Shown here piece after piece: positions 56,301-64,000 of a DNA stretch of 64,000 bases (within the stretch, counting starts at the first letter, position 1; every line of letters begins with the position of its first letter). Position numbers and translations under genes: made by a program. Source of the DNA: the human T2T-CHM13v2.0 reference genome, Homo sapiens. The stretch lies in the NCBI RefSeq assembly GCF_009914755.1, contig NC_060933.1. One strand, given 5' to 3'. Below the pieces are notes generated by a model, which searched no databases, had not been told where the DNA came from, and saw only the letters and a list, made by a program, of their open reading frames with translations.

Positions 56301-59300
56301 GAATGGAATTAACCCGAATAGAATGGAATGGAATGTAATGGAACGGAACGGAACGGAATGGAATGGAATGCAAAGGAATGGAATGGAATGGAATGGAACG
56401 GAACGGAATGGAATGGAATGGAATGGAATGGAATGGAATGGAATTAACGCGAGTGCAGGGGAATGGAATGGAATGGAATGCAATGGAATGGAATCTTCCG
56501 GAATGGAATGCAATGGAATGGAACAACCCGAATGGAATGGAATGTAATGGAGAGTAAGGGAGTTGAATAGAATCAATCCGAATGTAATGGAATGGAATGG
56601 AACGGAACGGAATGGAATGGAATGGAATGGAATGGAATGGAATGGAATGGATTCAACTTGAATGGAATGTATAGAATGGAATCAACACGAGTGGAATGGC
56701 ATGGATTGGAATAGAATGGAATGGAATCAACCCAAGTACAGGGGAATGGAATGGAATGGAATGTAATGCAATGGAATGGAATCATCCGTAATGGAATGGA
56801 AAGGAATGGAATGGAATGGAATGGAATGGAATGGAATGGAATCAACTCGATTGCAATCGAATGGAATGGAATGGAATTAACCCGAATAGAATGCAATGGA
56901 ATGGAGTGGAACGGAACGGAACGGAACGGAATGGAATGGAATGGAATGGAACGGAACGGATCGGAACGGAATGCAATGGAATGGAATGGAATGGAATGGA
57001 ATGGTATGGAATGGAATGGAATCAACGCGAGTGCAGGGTAATGGAATGGAATGGAATGCAATGGACTGGAATCTTCCGGAATGGAATGGAATGGAATGCA
57101 ATGGATTCAACTCGATTGCAATGGAATGGAATAGAATGGAATGGAATGGAATGGAATGGAATGGAATTAACCCGAATAGAATGGAATGGAATGGAATGGA
57201 ACGGAACGGAACGGAACGGAACGGAATGGAATGGAATGGAATGGAATGGAATGGAATTGTATGGAATGGAATGGAATGGTACGGAATAGAATGGAATGGA
57301 AAGAATTAGAATGGAATGGAATCGAATGGAATGGAATGGAATGAAATGGAATCAACCTGAGTACAGGGGAATGTAATGGAACGGAATGCAATGGAATGGA
57401 ATCATCCGGAATGGAATGGAATGGAATGGAATGGAACGGAACGCATCGGAACGGAATGGAATGGAATGGAATGGAATGGAATCAACGCGAGTGCAGGGTA
57501 ATGGAATGGAATGGAATGCAATGGAATGGAATCTTCCGGAATGGAATGGAATGGAATGGAATGGAATGCAATGGACTCAACTCGATTGCAATGGAATGGA
57601 ATAGAATGGAATGGAATGGAATGGAATGGAATGGAATTAACCCGAATAGAATGGAATAGAATGGAATGGAATGGAACGGAACGGAATGGAATGGAATGGA
57701 ATGGAATGGAATGGAATGGAATGGAATGGAATGGAATTGTATGGAATGGAATGGAATGGTACGGAATAGAATGGAATGGAAAGAATTAGAATGGAATGGA
57801 ATGGAATGGAATGGAATGGAATGCAATGGAATCAACCTGAGTACAGGGGAATGTAATGGAACGGAATGCAATGGAATGGAATCATCCGGAATGGAATGGA
57901 ATTGAATGGAATGGAATGGAATGGAATGGAATGGAATCAACCAGAGTGCAATGGAATGGAGTGGAATGGAATGGAATGGAATGGAACAACCCGAATGGAA
58001 TGGAATGTAATGGAGAGTAAGGGAGTTGAATAGAATCAATCCGAATGTAATGGAATGGAATGGAACGGAATGGAATGGAATGGAATGGAATGCAATGGAA
58101 TGGAATCAACCCGAGTACAATGGAATGGAATGGAATGGAATGGAATGGAATGGAATGGAATTTAATCAACCCGAGTGCGATGGAATGGAGAGCAATGGAA
58201 TGGAATGGAATGGAAACTACCCGAATGCAATGGAATGTAATGGAGTGTAAGGGAATTGAATAGAATCAATCCGAATGGAATGGAATGGAATGGAACGGAA
58301 TGGAATGGAATGGAATGGAATGGAATCAACCCGAGTGCAGGGGAATGGAATGGAATGGAATGCAATGGAATGGAATCATCCGAAATGGAATGGAATGGAA
58401 TGAAATGGAATGGAATGGAATGGAATGGTACGGAATAGAATGGAATGGAAAGAAATGGAATTGAATGGAATGCAATGGAATGGAATGGAATGGAATGGAA
58501 TGGAATGGAATGGAATGGAATCGTTCCGAGTGGAATAGGAGGGAATGTATTCGAGTGGAATGGAAAGGAATGGAATCAACCAGAGTGGAATGGAATGGAA
58601 TGGAATGGAATGGAATGGAATGGAATGGAATGGAATGCAATGGAATGGAATCAACCCGAGTACAATGGAATGGAATGGAATGGAATGGAATTCAATGGAA
58701 TGGAATGGAATGGAATGGAATCAACTCGATTGCAATCGAATGGAATGGAATGGAATTAACCCGAATAGAATGGAATGGAACGGAATGGAACGGAACGGAA
58801 TGGAATGGAATGGAATGGAATGGAACGGAAAGGAATGGAATGGAATGGAATGGAATGGAATGGAATGGAATGGAATCAAAGCGAATGCAGGGGAATGGAA
58901 TGGTATCAAATGGAATGGAATGGAATCAACCAGAGTGCCGGGGAATGTAATGGAACGGAATGCAATGGAATGGAATCATCCGGAATGGAATGGAATGGAA
59001 TGGAATGGAATGGAATGGAATGGAATGGAATGGAGTGGAATGGAATGGAATGGAATGGAACAACCCGAATGGAATGGAATGTAATGGAGAGTAACGGAGT
59101 TGAATAGAATCAATCCGAATATAATGGAATGGAATGGAACGGAATGGAATGGAATTGAATGGAATGGAATGGAATGGAATGGAATGGAATCAACCCGAGT
59201 ACAATGGAATGGAATGGAATGGAATGGAATGGAAATGAAATGAATGGAATCAATCCAAGTGCAATGGAATGGAGAGGAATGGAATGGAATGGAATGGAAT

Positions 59301-60620
59301 GAAATGGAAAGGAATTGAATGGAATGGAATGACTTCAAACAGAATGGAATGGAAAGGAATGGAATCAACACGAGTGGAATGGAATGTAATGGAATGGAAG
59401 GGAATGGAATGGTACGGAATAGAATGGAATAGAACGAAATGGAATGGAATGGAATGGAATGGAATGGAATGGAGTGGAATGGAATCGTTCCGAGTGGAAT
59501 AGGAGGGAATGTATTCGAGTGGAATGGAAAGGAATGGAATCAACCAGAGTGGAATGGAAGGGAATGGAATGGAATGGAAACTAATAGAATGGAATCAACC
59601 CGAGTGGAATGGAATGGAAAGGAATGGAATGGAATGGAATGGAATGGAATGGAATCAACTCGATTGTAAAGGAATGGAATGGAATGGAATGGAATGGAAT
59701 GGAATGGAATGGAATGGAATCAACCCGAGTGCAGGGGAATGGAATGGAATGGAATGCAATGGAATGGAATCATCCGGAATGGAATGGAATGGAATGGAAT
59801 GCAAAGCAATGGAATCAACTCGATTGCAATGGAATGGAATGGAATGGAAAGGAATAGAATGGAATCAACCTGAGTGGAATGGAATGGAAAGGACTGGAAT
59901 GGAGTGGAATGTAATGGAATGGAATGGAATCAACTCGATTTGATTGGAATGGAATGGAATGGAATGGAATGGAATGGAATGGAATGGAATTAACCCGAAT
60001 AGAATGGAATGGAATGGAATGGAACGGAATGGAATGGAATGGAATGGAATGGAATGGAATGGAATGGAATGGAATGGAATCAACCCGACTGAAGGGGAAT
60101 AGAATGGAATGGAATGCAATGGAATGGAATCATCCGGAACGGAATGGAATGGAATGGAATGGAAAGGAATGGAATGGAATGCAATGGATTCAACTCGATT
60201 GCAATGGAATGGAATAGAATGGAATGGAATGGAATGGAATGGAATTAACCCGAATGGAATGGAATGGAATGGAAAGGAATGGAATGGAATGGAATGGAAT
60301 GGAATGGAATGGAATGGAATGGAATGGAATGGAATGGAATAGTATGGAATGGAATGGAATGGAATGGTAAGGAATTGAATGGAATGGAACGAATTGGAAT
60401 GGAATGGAATCGAATGGAATGGAATGCAAAGGAATGGAATCATCCGGAATGGAATGGAATGGAATGGAATGGAATGGAATCAACCCGAGTGCAATGGAAT
60501 GGAGTGGAATGGAATGGAATGGAATGGAACAACCCGAATGGAATGGAATGTAATGGAGGGTAAGGGAGTTGAATAGAATCAATCCGAATGTAATGGAATG
60601 GAATGGAACGGAATGGAATG
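52800..60620 (+). repeat. Copy 2 of the ~7.5-kb block at 32120-39600
   Basis: Same order of private markers (TAACCCTAAT, GAAACAATCCG, CCGACTGAAATCG, CAACAGGAGT, GGGATCAACG, CCCGAGAGCAGG, CAAAGCGAATGC, CTCGATTTGATT). It has small extra segments near 54620-54700 and 55790-55975. Confidence 0.9.
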
Positions 60621-63600
60621 GAATGGAATCAACCCGAGTGCGATGGAATGGAGAGGAATGGAATGGAATGGAATGGAAACTACCCGAATGCAATGGAATG
60701 TAATGGAGTGTAAGGGAATTGAATAGAATCAATCCGAATGGAATGGAATGGAATGGAACGGAATGGAATGGAATGGAATGGAATGGAATCAACCCGAGTG
60801 CAGGGGAATGGAATGGAATGGAATGCAATGGAATGGAATCATCCGAAATGGAATGGAATGGAATGAAATGGAATGGAATGGAATGGAATGGTACGGAATA
60901 GAATGGAATGGAACGAAATGGAATTGAATGGAATGGAATGGAATGGAAAGGAATGGAATGGAATGGAATCGTTCCGAGTGGAATAGGAGGGAATGTATTC
61001 GAGTGGAATGGAAAGGAATGGAATCAACCAGAGTGGAATGGAATGGAATGGAATGGAATGGAATGGAATGGAATGCAATGGAATGGAATCAACCCGAGTA
61101 CAATGGAATGGAATGGAATGGAATGGAATTCAATGGAATGGAATGGAATGGAATGGAATCAACTCGATTGCAATCGAATGGAATGGAATGGAATTAACCC
61201 GAATAGAATGGAATGGAACGGAATGGAACGGAACGGAATGGAATGGAATGGAATGGAATGGAACGGAAAGGAATGCAATGGAATGGAATGGAATGGAATG
61301 GAATGGAATGGAATGGAATGGAATGGAATGGAATCAAAGCGAATGCAGGGGAATGGAATGGAATCAAATGGAATGGAATGGAATCAACCCGAGTTCCGGG
61401 GAATGTAATGGAACGGAATGCAATGGAATGGAATCATCCGGAATGGAATGGAATGGAATGGAATGGAATGGAATGGAATGGAATGGAGTGGAATGGAATG
61501 GAATGGAATGGAACAACCCGAATGGAATGGAATGTAATGGAGAGTAACGGAGTTGAATAGAATCAATCCGAATATAATGGAATGGAATGGAACGGAATGG
61601 AATGGAATGGAATGGAATGGAATGGAATGGAATGGAATGGAATCAACCCGAGTACAATGGAATGGAATTGAATGGAATGGAATGGAAATGAAATGAATGG
61701 AATCAAGCCAAGTGCAATGGAATGGAGAGGAATGGAATGGAATGGAATGGAATGGAATGAAATGGAAAGGAATTGAATGGAATGGAATGACTTCAAACAG
61801 AATGGAATGGAAAGGAATGGAATCAACACGAGTGGAATGGAATGTAATGGAATGGAAGGGAATGGAATGGTACGGAATAGAATGGAATATAACGAAATGG
61901 AATGGAATGGAATGGAATGGAATGGAATGGAGTGGAATGGAATCGTTCCGAGTGGAATAGGAGGGAATGTATTCGAGTGGAATGGAAAGGAATGGAATCA
62001 ACCAGAGTGGAATGGAAGGGAATGGAATGGAATGGAAACTAATAGAATGGAATCTACCCGAGTGGAATGGAATGGAAAGGAATGGAAAGGAATGGAATGG
62101 AATGGAATGGAATGGAATGGAATGGAATCAACTCGATTGTAAAGGAATGGAATGGAATGGAATGGAATGGAATGGAATCATCCGAAATGGAATGGAATGG
62201 AATGAAATGGAATGGAATGGAATGGAATGGTACGGAATAGAATGGAATGGAACGAAATGGAATTCAATGGAATGGAATGGAATGGAATGGAATGGAAAGG
62301 AATGGAATGGAATGGAATCGTTCCGAGTGGAATAGGAGGGAATGTATTCGAGTGGAATGGAAAGGAATGGAATCAACCAGAGTGGAATGGAATGGAATGG
62401 AATGGAATGGAATGGAATGGAATGGAATGGAATGCAATGGAATGGAATCAACCCGAGTACAATGGAATGGAATGGAATGGAATGGAATTCAATGGAATGG
62501 AATGGAATGGAATGGAATCAACTCGATTGCAATCGAATGGAATGGAATGGAATTAACCCGAATAGAATGGAATGGAACGGAATGGAACGGAACGGAATGG
62601 AATGGAATGGAATGGAATGGAACGGAAAGGGATGGAATGGAATGGAATGGAATGGAATGGAATGGAATGGAATCAAAGCGAATGCAGGGGAATGGAATGG
62701 AATCAAATGGAATGGAATGGAATCAACCCGAGTGCCGGGGAATGTAATGGAACGGAATGCAATGGAATGGAATCATCCGGAATGGAATGGAATGGAATGG
62801 AATGGAATGGAATGGAATGGAGTGGAATGGAATGGAATGGAATGGAACAACCCGAATGGAATGGAATGTAATGGAGAGTAACGGAGTTGAATAGAATCAA
62901 TCCGAATATAATGGAATGGAATGGAACGGAATGGAATGGAATGGAATGGAATGGAATGGAATGGAATGGAATGGAATCAACCCGAGTACAATGGAATGGA
63001 ATGGAATGGAATGGAATGGAAATGAAATGAATGGAATCAAGCCAAGTGCAATGGAATGGAGAGGAATGGAATGGAATGGAATGGAATGAAATGGAAAGGA
63101 ATTGAATGGAATGGAATGACTTCAAACAGAATGGAATGGAAAGGAATGGAATCAACACGAGTGGAATGGAATGTAATGGAATGGAAGGGAATGGAATGGT
63201 ACGGAATAGAATGGAATAGAACGAAATGGAATGGAATGGAATGGAATGGAATGGAATGGAGTGGAATGGAATCGTTCCGAGTGGAATAGGAGGGAATGTA
63301 TTCGAGTGGAATGGAAAGGAATGGAATCAACCAGAGTGGAATGGAAGGGAATGGAATGGAATGGAAACTAATAGAATGGAATCAATCCGAGTGGAATGGA
63401 ATGGAAAGGAATGGAAAGGAATGGAATGGAATGGAATGGAATGGAATGGAATCAACTCGATTGTAAAGGAATGGAATGGAATGGAATGGAATGGAATGGA
63501 ATGGAATGGAATGGAATGGAATCAACCCGAGTGCAGGGGAATGGAATGGAATGGAATGCAATGGAATGGAATCATCCGGAATGGAATGGAATGGAATGGA

Positions 63601-64000
63601 ATGCAAAGCAATGGAATCAACTCGATTGCAATGGAATGGAATGGAATGGAAAGGAATAGAATGGAATCAACCTGAGTGGAATGGAATGGAAAGGACTGGA
63701 ATGGAGTGGAATGGAATGGAATGGAATGGAATCAACTCGATTTGATTGGAATGGAATGGAATGGAATGGAATGGAATGGAATGGAATTAACCCGAATAGA
63801 ATGGAATGGAATGGTATGGAACGGAATGGAATGGAATGGAATGGAATGGAATGGAATGGAATGGAATGGAATCAACCCGACTGAAGGGGAATAGAATGGA
63901 ATGGAATGCAATGGAATGGAATCATCCGGAACGGAATGGAATGGAATGGAATGGAAAGGAATGGAATGGAATGCAATGGATTCAACTCGATTGCAATGGA
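58165..64000 (+). repeat. Local triplication of a ~2.45-kb module: full copy 58165-60620, truncated copy 60625-62175, 5'-truncated copy 62177-end
   Basis: Identical ORFs 58256..58438/60719..60901 (offset 2463) and 59269..59502/63056..63289 (offset 3787). CATCCGAAAT occurs at 60840 and restarts at 62179 (offset 1339). Confidence 0.88.

Larger units (their letters stand above)
1..64000 (+). repeat. Satellite III (HSat3) array, (GGAAT)n with CAACCCGAGT-type interspersed units; G-rich strand is +
   Basis: GGAAT pentamers dominate every line from base 1 to 64000. They are punctuated by CAACCCGA(G/A)T decamers, the classical Satellite III diagnostic. Orientation never changes and no unique sequence is present. 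Confidence 0.98.
17480..64000 (+). repeat. Sub-domain B of the array (vocabulary GGAACAACCCGAAT..GAGAGTAAGGGAGTTG, ATCGTTCCGAGTGGAATAGGAGGG, GACTTCAAAC)
   Basis: The GGAACAACCCG/GAGAGTAAGGGAGTTG cassette recurs from 17492 onward. The ATCGTTCCGAG cassette recurs more than 20 times from 18694 to 63271. Domain-A words were not seen in this interval. Confidence 0.8.

Noticed and set aside
1-64000. Hundreds of ORFs (poly-MEWNG on +, poly-IPFHS on -), up to 430 aa (27733..29025) and 372 aa (17944..19062)
   Set aside because: A stop-free pentamer yields the same pentapeptide in all three frames. The ORFs overlap in every frame on both strands, end at sporadic variant-created stops, and show no domain or codon structure. 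The peptide equals the (TGGAA)n read-out known from repeat-expansion disease, but nothing here indicates translation.
1-64000. CRISPR-like alternation of conserved words and spacers
   Set aside because: The spacers are GGAAT runs of variable length, not unique sequences. There is no constant 23-47 bp repeat, leader or cas gene.
1-64000. Satellite II (HSat2) or telomeric repeat
   Set aside because: Long pure GGAAT runs with CAACCCGAGT units fit HSat3. The dense ATCGAATGGAATCATC-type HSat2 periodicity is absent, and there are no TTAGGG tracts.

Overview
The whole 64-kb window is one uninterrupted satellite array: (GGAAT)n on the + strand, interspersed with stereotyped variant words (CAACCCGAGT, CAACTCGATT, TTAACCCGAATAG, CATCCGG/CTTCCGG, GAGTGTAAGGGAATTG and others). 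This is the signature of human/great-ape Satellite III (HSat3) pericentromeric heterochromatin. Chromosome 9q12 is a plausible origin but is not provable from the sequence alone. I see no genes, RNA genes, transposon insertions or strand inversions. All listed ORFs are poly-MEWNG or poly-IPFHS read-outs of the pentamer, and I found no evidence for a new coding system. The real structure is internal. There are two vocabulary domains with a boundary at about 17.5 kb, and a nested series of duplications (about 0.24, 0.48, 1.0, 1.18, 1.34, 1.54, 2.46, 2.62, 2.73, 4, 4.6-5.1, 9 and 21 kb). The pentamer register only ever slips by -1. About 28 perfect three-unit heat-shock elements are carried by one variant cassette, and a perfect 14-bp palindrome recurs. 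All counts and coordinates were read by eye and are approximate unless stated as checked.
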